NCBI GenBank assembly: GCA_973895155.1
Contig: OZ316891.1
Span: 31,007,112-31,071,111, forward strand
From: Marsupella aquatica
Taxonomy: Eukaryota > Plantae > Marchantiophyta
Length of the DNA: 64,000 bases
Direction of reading: 5' to 3'
A program made the translations under genes and the position numbers. A model generated the notes under the pieces. That model was not told where the DNA came from, ran no database searches, and saw nothing but the letters and a program-made list of their open reading frames with translations. Shown here in pieces: positions 37,490 through 48,065 of this stretch. Within the stretch, counting starts at the first letter, position 1. Each line of letters starts with the position of its first letter.

Positions 37490-40400
37490 AGGATGGTAGT
37501 GTCAATCTTGCCAAACAGTGAGAACCCAACAGCTTTGTCAAAAACTGTATCGTGTGCAACATGTTCAAGGAGATCCCACCTTTGAGTAATAGCCGGGCAG
37601 TCTCTGAACATGTGATCAGAATTCTCCAATGTAGTACAGCTACAATTGGGACACAGGCCATTGTTGAGGCCCCACTTAAGAGCACGAGAATTAGTAAAAA
37701 AGCCACCATGTAAACAAGTCTGGCTTTAGGTGCACTCTAGCCTCTCCACAAGTGTTTCCATCGCTGGTGCCACATTGCGGTGGTGTCTAGCAAGTGCCAT
37801 CTACGATTGAGATTGAGGATTGGCATGTTACGATCCCTATTCATGCTGGCCCAGATGTGTGCGGGGAGATTCCAGCCATGTTGTTCTCCATCAGCCCATT
37901 CCTAGTTCCATCCTGTTAGGTGAGCAAGGCGGACGTCAGCTTTTCCTTGGCTCCCAATAAGGATATTCAGTAGGCTATTCAAAGCTAGTACCCCCCGTGG
38001 CCTGGTAGTCCTGATGTTACCTTGCATTTCAGCCAAAGTCTTCCATTGGCCGGATTCTCTATTCTGAGCATCATGCATGTCGTTACCAGTTTGTACCTGC
38101 CAATTTGCTAGAAGACTCTTCAGCTCGTAGTTGTCTTGTCTGGACAGTTGTAGTTGCTTGTCAAGAAGACGCAAGAGTTGGTCAATTGAGAGAGATTGAG
38201 GCAAGGTACTGGCTGAGGGTATGAACCTCAGATTACTACATGCCTTGTCCCATCCATTCAACAGACAGTTCAGCATGGGGGCATTGGGGATTCGAATTCC
38301 TGGATCAAGCACCAGAGCAGCATCCACCTCCCACCTTCTTCTCTCCTTTTTGTGAGGTCCAAGGCTGAGCGTCCGCCTGATTAGAGCATGTGCCATCCCA
38401 ACCCATGCAGTGTCATAATCAGTGATCAATTTGTGGATGTTCCTCATCTTGAGAACCTGGGCTTGTAGTTCAAAGGGCCTGATTGCTAACCCTCCATCTT
38501 CAAAGGGTCTGGTGATGGTATCCCAAGCAATGAGTGCTTTCTTTGGCACTCCATCCTTATTTTGGCCCCATAGGAATTCCTACAGATTCTCTCCAACTGC
38601 TGGAACCCTCGCTTCTGCAGATTGAGGACCATAAGGTGGTACACTGGAATAGCTCTTAAGACGTGTTTCAGGAGGACAATTCGTCCAGCAAGGCTAATTA
38701 AGGAAGCGATTTGACCAATGTCTGAGCCGTTTGCGAACTTTTGCAAGGAGGAACTCTAATTCCTGTGTGGGTTTCAAGGAATTACCAATTGGGCAGCCTA
38801 GATAAACTTGCATATCTCCAATGCCTGCCACTTTACATCTGCAAGTAGACATCCAATCCTTCTATGGTGATCTGTCCATCTGGATAATGATAGATTTATC
38901 CAGGTTCAATTGTGCCCCTGATATCCTTTCGTATGTGCTCACTGTAGCGTGTGCCATCTGAAATTCACTTTCAAATGCATGAAGAAACAGGCCTGTGTCA
39001 TCAGCACACAGTTGGTGCAACAGTTTTTTCGTATGATCAATCCTAATGCCATGGGGTTCACCAATTCGAACCTTCTCTTCCAGCAGACACATAAGCGGTT
39101 GTGTGGAGAGGGCAAACAGTAGGGACTCAGAGGCTGGGCATCCTTGTCTAACTCCTCTCTCAAGCGGGATTTCCTTAGTGAAACCTCCATTCACATGGAC
39201 CTTGGAGGTGGCATTTACCACAAGACCCTTGGTTAGTTGGATGAGCTTTGGATGGAAGTTCATCTTCTCCATGGTATCCCATAAGAAGGTGTGATTGACC
39301 CGGTCGTAAGCCTTGGCAAAATCAAGCTTCAGGAATATACTTGGTTGCTTTGTAGCCTGCACAAACTCGGTTCCAACTTTGAAAGCGAGAATGTTATTAA
39401 GTATACTCTTCTACCACTGATGAAGCCAGTGTGTTGAGAAGAAATCAGCCCAGGAACAACAGCTTTCAATCTGTTTGAGAGGATTTTAGCTGCCCGTTTG
39501 TGAGCAAAGGTAAGCATAGTCAATGGTCGCCAATTCTTGAGCCATTGTTTATTGCCACCCTTTGGTATCAACTTGATGACCCCCATTGAAGCTTTGGTTG
39601 TGAGTAATCCATCTTCCCAGTAAGCTTGAACCATCTTACAAATGTCTCCTTTCATCCAGCTCCAACAGGCAGTCACCACCTCTGCAGTGACCCCATCAAG
39701 TCCCGGGGACTTCTCCTTGGGGAAATTGTGAACAACATCCTCAATCTCTTTCTCAGATAAAGCACTGACAAGTTTGTGATTTTGGTCACATGTAACTTTG
39801 TTAGTGATCAGATTGAGTACTTCATCTCTCTCCTGTTGATTATCAGTGACCTGTTGGTCAGCCTGGAAAAGCTGTGTGTAGTAGTCCCCAACTTCATGGA
39901 AGATGTCTTCTGCTGTTTCAAGCAGCTCCCCGTTTTCAAGCTCCAATGCTTTGATGGACTCACTGCTCTGCTTCCCTTTCATCTGGATGAAAAAATATCT
40001 AGATGGTGCGTCCCCTGTTGACAGCCACCGAACTCGGCTCTTCCTTCTCCAAGCAGTGGCATCTTCTTCCTCCTGTTTTTTCTGTGCAGCTTCAAGGTCC
40101 ATCAACTCTTGAATTAAATGTGGCTGTGCATCCTGAGCAACTTTGCAGCGTATCAATTGCAATTGTTGTTGAAGATCAGGTAGTTGGCTATGCAGGATAG
40201 AGAGCCTCTTTTTCTCTTGCATCAAGACCATTTTGACTCTTCTCATGGCAAGATCGCAATGAATCCTGGGGTCTTGTCCATGTGTACGATTTTTGTCCCA
40301 CATTTTCTGGGTTGCATCCATCACCTCAACATTCTTTAGCAATCCCACATCCATCTTGAAATAGCTACATTTTTTTCGGGCTACATCGCTTGTGTCAACC

Positions 40401-41116
40401 AACACAATGGAAACAACAATAGGCAAGTGATCAGACAGTGTCTGACGGGCATCATGTTCAACAAGCCGAATGTGCATGTGAGCACCAGCTAGCTCTGTTA
40501 TTGCAATAGATACAATCTAATCTGGCTTGATCAAAGCGCTCTCCCCTCTTCACTTGCCTGGTGAATTTTGGACCTTTGCGTTGGCTGGCGCACATGTAAC
40601 TGTCTACCAAGTCAAAGTGGTCGAGCAAATGGGCCCATCTCCGACTCTCATTGCCATGGATGAGAGCATTTGGCCCTGCAGAGTTGTCTGGATCCAATTC
40701 ACTTGTGGTAGCTGAGTCATCATCCACTCCCATAACTCTTTTTGCTTGCTCCTTCCCCCTGGACCAGAGGGAGCATATATAGATCCAATACTTATAGGTC
40801 CCTTGCTCGTAGAGATTGTCATCCAAGCAAAGGACCCATCGCCCTTGGTGCCCTGTGCGAGGATTTGAGTGGCGGGGGGAGTGAGGATTGCAGCTCCATC
40901 TCTGCCATCGCTATGGTGATCAATTGAAAACTGGCCTTGTGGCAGGATAGTGTTAAGTTGAAATTCAACTCGATCTCTCTTGACCTTGCATTCTTGCAAA
41001 CAAGCTACTTTGATGTCTGGATGTATCTTCCGTATCCAGTTGCCAAGGATTCGGGTCCTATTAGGATTATTGAGACCATTGACATTCCACGTGGAGACTT
41101 TAAGTTTGTCAATCAT
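37490..41116 (-). pseudogene. LINE ORF2: APE endonuclease, reverse transcriptase, zf-RVT; frameshifted
   Basis: STWNVNGLN, CLQECK, ARLD, LSDHLP (EEP); KSPGLDG, NWRPLTML, LDFAKAYDRV, VRQGCP, CADDT (YADD), YLGCP; CPNCSC...ENSDHMFRDC. Confidence 0.92.
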
Positions 41117-41690
41117 AGAGAAAGTGCAGGTTTGGTGTCTCTCTTGCCAGAGTTCTTCTTCAGGGTTGCCCTCACCCCTAGTTTAGTCAGCCCTTCACCT
41201 TTAGCTTTCTCCCTGGCGATCCTGGGAATGTGAGCAACATTGTGATCAGTTTTGGTAAGAACAGTAAAGGTACCTGTGCCACCTGTGTTAACCCCCAGGT
41301 GTGGGTCGACAGCTTGATGCTCCACGTCCAATTTTCTTGACTCCATTGTGGTCCGAAGGTCCCCTGGGTCGTCCAGTATGTGCATGTGTTGATCCGCTGG
41401 TAAAGAAATGAGATCGTCACTCCTCACATCTTCAACTCTGGGCTCAGCCGCATGCTTTAGAAAGTTCAGCTTGATGATGCATCAATCTTCTTCCATGATT
41501 GTGCATTGTGTGGTCATTTTCTCTGGTATCTGTATCTGTGATAGAGTGCCGGTAATGCTGGGGCTTTTTTGCTTTGATCGGTGTCACTATGACAATTACC
41601 TTCTGCGGGACCTTCTGTGTTTCTGCTGTTTGAACTGTTCGCCCTGTGAGCTCGGTGGCTTCGTTGTTTGACTCTGCCGGTGCTATGTAT

Positions 41691-43127
41691 TCAGGTGCTC
41701 GCTGTTTGCCTTAGTTTAGATTCTGTGCTCACTGTTGCAATGGGTAAACGTAGGTCTTCTTTGTCTGTAGGATCCATTTGGAGTGCAGCAAAGGGATTGG
41801 TGTCTGTAGGAATGGCACGTTCTGGATTGGGAGTCAGGACTTTGGTGTGGAATCCAATAGGGCGCATTGGAACAATCGTGAATCCAGTCGGATTAGTGAT
41901 GCCCCGCTTTGTTGGTAGTACAACTCTTTGACTCTCATTTGCCATGCTACTAGCATCCAGGTTGCCATTTGGAGTAGTCCCCTTCACTGCCACCTCCTGC
42001 GTTGTTGGGCCAGTTGTAGTTGCAGCTGGTGCTTGTTGTTTCTTGGTGGGGCAGTGTCGTGCTTGATGTCCTCTCTTTCTGCACACAAAATAGGCATCTG
42101 GCATGGACCTATATTCTACCTCGATTTTGAAATCTCTGACCTCAGGTAGTTCTAAAACAATATATTCGACAAGGTCTACATTGAGGTCAATGAGAACACA
42201 ACCACAAATATGTGGGAATCTACTTCTAGATGTCATGGTCGCAGCGTAGATCACTTTACCAACTGTGGACAATAAATCATTTGCATAGATCTCCATGGCA
42301 GGATGTACTAGAGGGAGGTCTATCCAAACAGGTGCCTGGGAAGATTTCATTGTTTGAGCATCAAAATCAGGGGCCCACGGCATGGCCATTATCAATCTGT
42401 TTCCCATGTGGAAAGGGACCTCAGCTAGAATACGATTTTGTTCTTCATTTGTCTGGACAACCAGCAGAAATGTGAATTTTGAGATCACCTTAACCTGCTC
42501 AACGTTGACTCCCATGTTCTGCACTATTACATCATCTACCCAAGCTTCAAATAAGTCTCGGGAAGGATTGAAGTCTACAGTATAAAGGATGATTCCTCTG
42601 TCCTGTAGGTGCATCACCCTGCTTTTCACGAGAGTTTTATCTCCAACAAAGCGTACAGTTCTCATACCTTTTGTAGGTTGCTCAGGTGGGGCCGGGAGAT
42701 GGTGAAGAGCTACCCGCAATTCTTCATTAGAAATTCTCTCACCAGCCCTTTCGTCAAAATTTTCATCTTCGTAGGGATTGAGGTTGGCACTTTGCGCTTG
42801 GAAGTTCTTTGGCCCACTCTGGTGTTGATTGTAACTTTGTCCTGTTGCTGCCTTGTCAGTGTATGTAGTTGCTCTCCCACTGTCCGCGGGCCCGCAATCA
42901 TTCTTCCAATCTGCCCCAATGTTGTTTGGTTTCTGTTTCCCATCGCCACCAGGAAATGATTCCCGTGGCCCATGTTCAGGACTGTTCACATTGTGTACCG
43001 GGCTAAAGTCAAGGCCAGTGGGCCTGGCTAGATTCACCTGATTTTGCTGATCGCTATCCAGCAGCTCAAAGTCCATGCGTGATGCTTTTGCAGGCGTCAC
43101 GCCACTTGATGAAAACTTCGTCGTCAA
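41691..43127 (-). CDS. LINE ORF1 (DUF4283-like + zinc knuckle), probably disrupted at both ends
   Basis: PFHMGNRLIMAMPW, APVWIDLPLV, knuckle (Y)FVCRKRGHQARHC with the first Cys lost; lies upstream of ORF2. Confidence 0.8.
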   Translation of the reverse strand: MTTKFSSSGVTPAKASRMDFELLDSDQQNQVNLARPTGLDFSPVHNVNSPEHGPRESFPGGDGKQKPNNIGADWKNDCGPADSGRATTYTDKAATGQSYNQHQSGPKNFQAQSANLNPYEDENFDERAGERISNEELRVALHHLPAPPEQPTKGMRTVRFVGDKTLVKSRVMHLQDRGIILYTVDFNPSRDLFEAWVDDVIVQNMGVNVEQVKVISKFTFLLVVQTNEEQNRILAEVPFHMGNRLIMAMPWAPDFDAQTMKSSQAPVWIDLPLVHPAMEIYANDLLSTVGKVIYAATMTSRSRFPHICGCVLIDLNVDLVEYIVLELPEVRDFKIEVEYRSMPDAYFVCRKRGHQARHCPTKKQQAPAATTTGPTTQEVAVKGTTPNGNLDASSMANESQRVVLPTKRGITNPTGFTIVPMRPIGFHTKVLTPNPERAIPTDTNPFAALQMDPTDKEDLRLPIATVSTESKLRQTAST

Positions 43128-43464
43128 ATTGCTGAAAATCCAGTGAAGGTTGATCTTTAGGTTCCTTTCGTGCGGAGAACCTAGCAGTGGTGGCCCGGCT
43201 GTTTGTCTTGGCCATCGTGGGCTCTAATCGACTCCTTTAATCCCCTTTTCTTCAGTATGTTCCGCTGATTCCACTTACACCCTTCTAACAAACACTTCCT
43301 AATTCGCTCGCCAGATTGCTAGGCTCCATAGCCAGCAGGCTCCGCCCGGGGCTTCGCCCTAGTTCCCCTCCTCATCCTCGTAGTTTTACCACACATTTTA
43401 TCCCTTAAATTTATAAAAAATATATAAATTTTTTGAAAAATACGTTTGGCCCAAATATAATCTT

Positions 43465-43775
43465 CCAAATAACAACATGATACCCATCACAACAACAATT
43501 TGACCAAACCTATTTGACCAAAAATCATCAACCAAATAACAAGTACCAGTCACAACAACAATATGACCAAAACTACCCAGAAATCATCAACCAAATAACA
43601 ACATACCCGTCACAACAACAATATGACCAAACCTACAACAGTTACACAATGATAACATCTATTAAAATAACAACATACCCATCACAAGAACAATTTGACG
43701 AACCTACAAGAGTTACACAACCATAACACTATATTTGACACAAACTACAACACTTCCGCAACCATAACACTACAA
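43465..43775. repeat. ~60-bp A/C-rich tandem repeat downstream of CCD copy B
   Basis: AAATAACAACATACCCRTCACAACAACAATWTGACCAAA units x4-5; a single related unit at 31160-31232. Confidence 0.8.
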
Positions 43776-43942
43776 TCTCAGATTTTATTTCGTGAACAGT
43801 AGCTTCATCCAAAGATAGAAGCACTAGTACAAAATGCATTTCAGATGAGGAAGTAGCAAGTATACAAAGTAGCCCACACAAAAGCAGGGATGTGTTGTTA
43901 TGGGATTTCTGCGGCAGAAACATTTGCATGCAAGCTAATACT

Positions 43943-45816
43943 TCACGACGTTAATACGGTCCTGAGTTGCGATCGCAATTGTTCCTCACTCACGAACAAG
44001 GAATGGAAGCCATACGGCACTCTTGTAGGCATTTCAATAACTGCAACGGGATCCGGGGACATTGTTTTGGCATCGATCACAACCACCTCGGATTTGGAAG
44101 TATTTTCGTCAAACACATGACAGAGAAGGTATCCGTCGTCCTCGTCTGAATCTCTTCCGGGATTTCTGGGAACAAAAAGAGGCTCCAATGCGAGACGTAG
44201 GTCTCCATGCCAGAAGACACCTCCCACATTCCCTCCGACCTGCGGTGTTTCTTTACCCAACTCCGGTTCGTTACTCAAATCATATTTAATGATTCCATAA
44301 CTGCTAGATTGGCTGTCGACTGCAGCTGAACGAACTGCTGTGTAGATGTATCGGTTCTTCTTGCCAAGATAATTCTGGTTAATCCCGGGAAATTCGATAT
44401 CGAACTCTCCCAGCCTTCTGTTGCTAGTCTGTCCAGTCTTCCAGTTGATCCGATACTCGTGCAATCGCGGGGAGACGTCAAGGACCTGAAGGATATCCAC
44501 TGTTGGCAATCGACACGTAACTAAAACGATTTCATCTCCTTCTTGCCATCCATTTGCGACGTGGAAATTGATGGCTGAAGGAAAGTCGAACCAGCGCATT
44601 TCCGTTTCACCCTTGGCATATTTCGGCAACAGACCTAAACGGAAAGGCGTGCTTGTGCTGTGAGCGATTGCAAATTGATCCTTCATGACCATCCGCTTTG
44701 GATCGAGACGCAGCGGACAGTCCATGAAGACGACGTAGTCACGGGTAATCGCGATGTCATGCACTACTGTTGGTCCAGACTTGCTGATCGTAACAGGATC
44801 ACTCATCTTTCCATCTTTAGAGACAACATTATATGTTAAATATGGAGGGCCTGCTACAGAGTAGCCGTATGAAAACATCTCCCCCATGTCAGGGTCAATT
44901 TTCGGGTGTGCTGTGAACGGATGATCCAGTTTTTTGTCGAAATCATGACGTGAAGTAGTCTTGAAGTCACCGTCCTCCAGTATTTGCACAGCATATGGCA
45001 TGTCCAGTTCGTGTAGAACCAAGAGAGTCCCGTTGTGATAAGCCAATGCTGTATTTGCAGTGCCCAATCCCTTCGATGTATCCAGCGCACCCAATATCTG
45101 TCGGAGCGCATAAATAGCCAGATAAAGAAGTCCTTCAAACCCAACCACGTCTCCCATCTTCCAGAACTTTGGAGCACCCAATACTCCTCCTGCTTCAGTC
45201 GTGATGTTCTAACATAACGGCAAGCGTATGTAGCTTCTCCATCCTTAATTTTGAGGCCATGCAACATGCCGTCTCCATCCAACCAGGCATAGTTCGCCAG
45301 GGGCATGACCTTCGGATTTGCAGCCACTTGAATGTACACGCCATTCAAACATTCAGGGAGGTAGCCCTTCACTGAGAGAGCACTCTGAGGTGCAGATTCT
45401 TGCACTGGAGCGTAATTCCCAAGCAGGTAGTAATTGCTCGGCTTTGTGGAACCATGCGCAGCCCACAGCAGGACACTTTCGAGTGCGTCACAGAATTGAT
45501 TCGAGATGGCAGCATAGAAAGGAACGCTGACCTTCTGGTCGTCATGCACCTCCTTCTTCAGTTCAGGCCTAACGCTAGGAGACTTCGGGGGCTTGAGAAG
45601 CTCGATGGTTTTCGTAGCAGAATCCTGTGAACATGTGATGGAAAGGTTTTGCACTCTGGGCAATGTGAACTGAATCGATTGTGTTGGCCCCCGACGAGAA
45701 GTGACGAGTTTCCCTTCCGGTTTCCCTCCAGTGCATTGTACAGTTTTGGATGAGAGATCACCATAACACGAAATTGAGCGAGATCGCGTGACGCTTGCAA
45801 ACGTAGCTGCCATCAT
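43943..45816 (-). CDS. CCD1: Intronless CCD1-like carotenoid cleavage dioxygenase (copy B) with transit-peptide-like N-terminus; one 1-bp frameshift at 45177-45179
   Basis: ORFs 45816-44854 and 45181-43943 join into ~624 aa if one G is restored (copy A has G4, copy B G3 at YWGAP). All four Fe-binding His present (TAHPK, VHD, FHVAN, YGFH). C-terminus VIDAKTMSPDPVAVIEMPTRVPYGFHSLFVSEEQL is CCD1-type. Confidence 0.88.
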
Positions 45817-46060
45817 ACTTTATCTTGAACAAGTCTATTCCCCTGAACAAATCCACTGTCAGAATTTTGGTTTGCCAACAATGGCCAACGAATGGAATTT
45901 CTATAGGTCTAAGATCTTTTCAACACCTAAAACCATAAAATATCCGCACTATGAAGGATAGAATGATTTTTTGTTGCAAACAACAAGTTGAAATGGACCT
46001 GTGAAATGGTGTTGGAGATCTCAGAGACTCTTTATCTATTTATATATTGCTTGGGAAACC

Positions 46061-46540
46061 TTTCAACGTGGACTTAGATTACCAGGGCAATGAGCAAAAA
46101 AGAAAAGAAAAAAGGGGCTCACTGAAAGTTCACAGCAACAAGTGAAGTAATTGTGGCCCAGATATATACGCAACACAACACAAGGTGAAGCACTTGCGGC
46201 CTAGGTACGCTCTTGCATGTATGGTAGGATATCCACTGTTGGCAATCGACTTTCAATGTGTGGACCTAGATGAGAAGGCACTGAGCAACACAGAAAAGAA
46301 AAAAGGGGCTCACTGAAAGTTCACATCAAAAAGTGAAGCAATTGTGGCCCAGATACGCAACCCAGCACAACGTGAAGCACTTGCGGCATAGGTACGACCT
46401 TGCATGTATGATAGGATATCCATTGTTGGCAATCGACTTTCAATGTGTGTACCTAGATGAGAAGGCACTGAGCAAAAAGTGAAGCAATTGCGGCCGACAT
46501 ACGCAACACAGCAAAAGGTGAAGCACTTGCGGCCCAGGTT
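46061..46540. repeat. Three ~190-bp tandem units upstream of CCD copy B, with CCD-derived 25-mers at the unit junctions
   Basis: Units start TTTCAAYGTG at 46061, 46251, 46438; junction sequence AGGATATCCAYTGTTGGCAATCGAC at 46226-46250 and 46413-46437 equals 44490-44514. Confidence 0.9.
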
Positions 46541-46567
46541 ACCGTGAGGTTACCGTGTGCAATCAAG

Positions 46568-48065
46568 AACTATAATACAAGGTTGCGCCTTTTTATGCAG
46601 TGGTCGTCATTTGAATTTGAAGGGCACAAAAATCAAAGAATCTCACAAACAGAAGGAATAAACCAAAATTGAATAATGTTTAGTGTGAAGTTTTCCAATC
46701 AAGAAATAAAGGGAATGCCAGGAATACCAATGTACAATAATCAAGTACTTTCTGGACATATAAGTATAGTACTATCAATGCATAGGAAACCATCCATGCA
46801 TAGACATAGTACTTTCTATACCTAGACATTCATATCAAGTACCCCCATGATAATCTATGTCAATTACAAATTAACTCCTATAATACACACTTGCGCCACT
46901 TTTTGAAGTGGTTCGGTCATTCAAAATTTACATTTCCAAGCCAAGTGAAAGAAATCAAATATGCAAAGCAAAGCTAAGAGAACAAATAAAAATAAACCCA
47001 CAGCAAAATATGAAGGGAGCAGAATACTTCTTGATATTCCTCATCACTTTAGCAGGTAAAGTACTTCCTTTTGATGCCATCATAGTATTCAAAAATACAC
47101 TCTTTTATCTAATCCCTCCCAGGCCATTGTGTTATTTGTATTGACCCTGCCTCAATGTACACCTGATGTGCATGCAATGCAAGGAAAGTGTATACACTCA
47201 TTCACCGTGGTACTCATATGAATGAAATCATTTTATAAAAAAAATATACTTGCCAAATTCAATATATACATTTGGATGAGATAACAAGGTGTTGGGGGCC
47301 AAACCACTCTTGGCTGGGGTGACAGGGTTTTGGGACACATATATAAAGGGACAACCACATTTGACAACATCAAAAACTATAATAAGGTGTTGTGCCTTTT
47401 TCTGCCATGGTCGTCATTTGAATTTACAGGGCCAATTTGGGTGTAAGAAATTCAGTATGGAAAAAAACCAAAGCAATAGAGACCAAAAATGGCCCTCACA
47501 CCAGCTCCTGAGGTCAACTTCCATCTGATTGCGGCAAAAGCACCGAGCAGAGGCAAGTAAAATGTTGTGCGGCCAGCCTCTACTACGAGTGGGGCGACCA
47601 CCCTACCGCCTTGCTCCGCACGCCAACCGTAGACTGCCGCATTCTTGCGGTCAACCTCCCACCACCCTCCTTCCCCAACCCAATTACCCGGGGCAGCCCT
47701 GCCTCGCCCCACTCTCCCCCTCTTCCCTTCTTCCCTGCCCGACTCTTTTTAACGACATATTTTTACTTGATATCTTCTTAACGATATCTGTCACATAACA
47801 ACTTCTTTGGTGACACAACTTCTTTGTTTTAATGACATCTTCTTACTTGATGACATCGTTTACATAAAGACCTCTTTGGCGACACAACTTCTTTTTTTAA
47901 TGACATCTTTTACATAACAACATCATTGGCAACACGACCCTGGACACGACCTCTATTTTCTTAACGATATCTTGGGCCGACACGACTCCGGACACGACAT
48001 CTTTTGTCTTAAGGACATCTTGGCCGACACGACATCTTTTGTGCAACGCACGAGTATTGAGCTAG
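46568..48065 (+). mobile_element. Non-autonomous Helitron(s): two 5'-type starts (46568, 47375), one 3' end
   Basis: AACTATAATA.A.GGT..TG.GCCTTTT...TGGTCGTCATTTGAATTT starts; GACATC array 47740-48040; GTGCAACGCAC 48041-48051; CTAG 48062-48065. Confidence 0.7.

Larger units (their letters stand above)
36710..43391 (-). mobile_element. Full-length L1-clade LINE (~6.7 kb), inactivated
   Basis: ORF1 + ORF2 on the minus strand, (AAT)10 tail at 36710-36739, 13-bp TSD with one mismatch: CACAGTTTATCCC (36697-36709) / CACATTTTATCCC (43392-43404). Confidence 0.9.

Noticed and set aside
44854-45181. Programmed ribosomal frameshift or intron joining the two CCD ORFs
   Set aside because: No slippery heptamer or splice sites; the paralog shows a simple 1-bp difference in a G run
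46061-46540. CRISPR array
   Set aside because: Eukaryotic context, no cas genes, repeats are ~165 bp and the two spacers are the same sequence; kept only as a repeat-spacer-like structure
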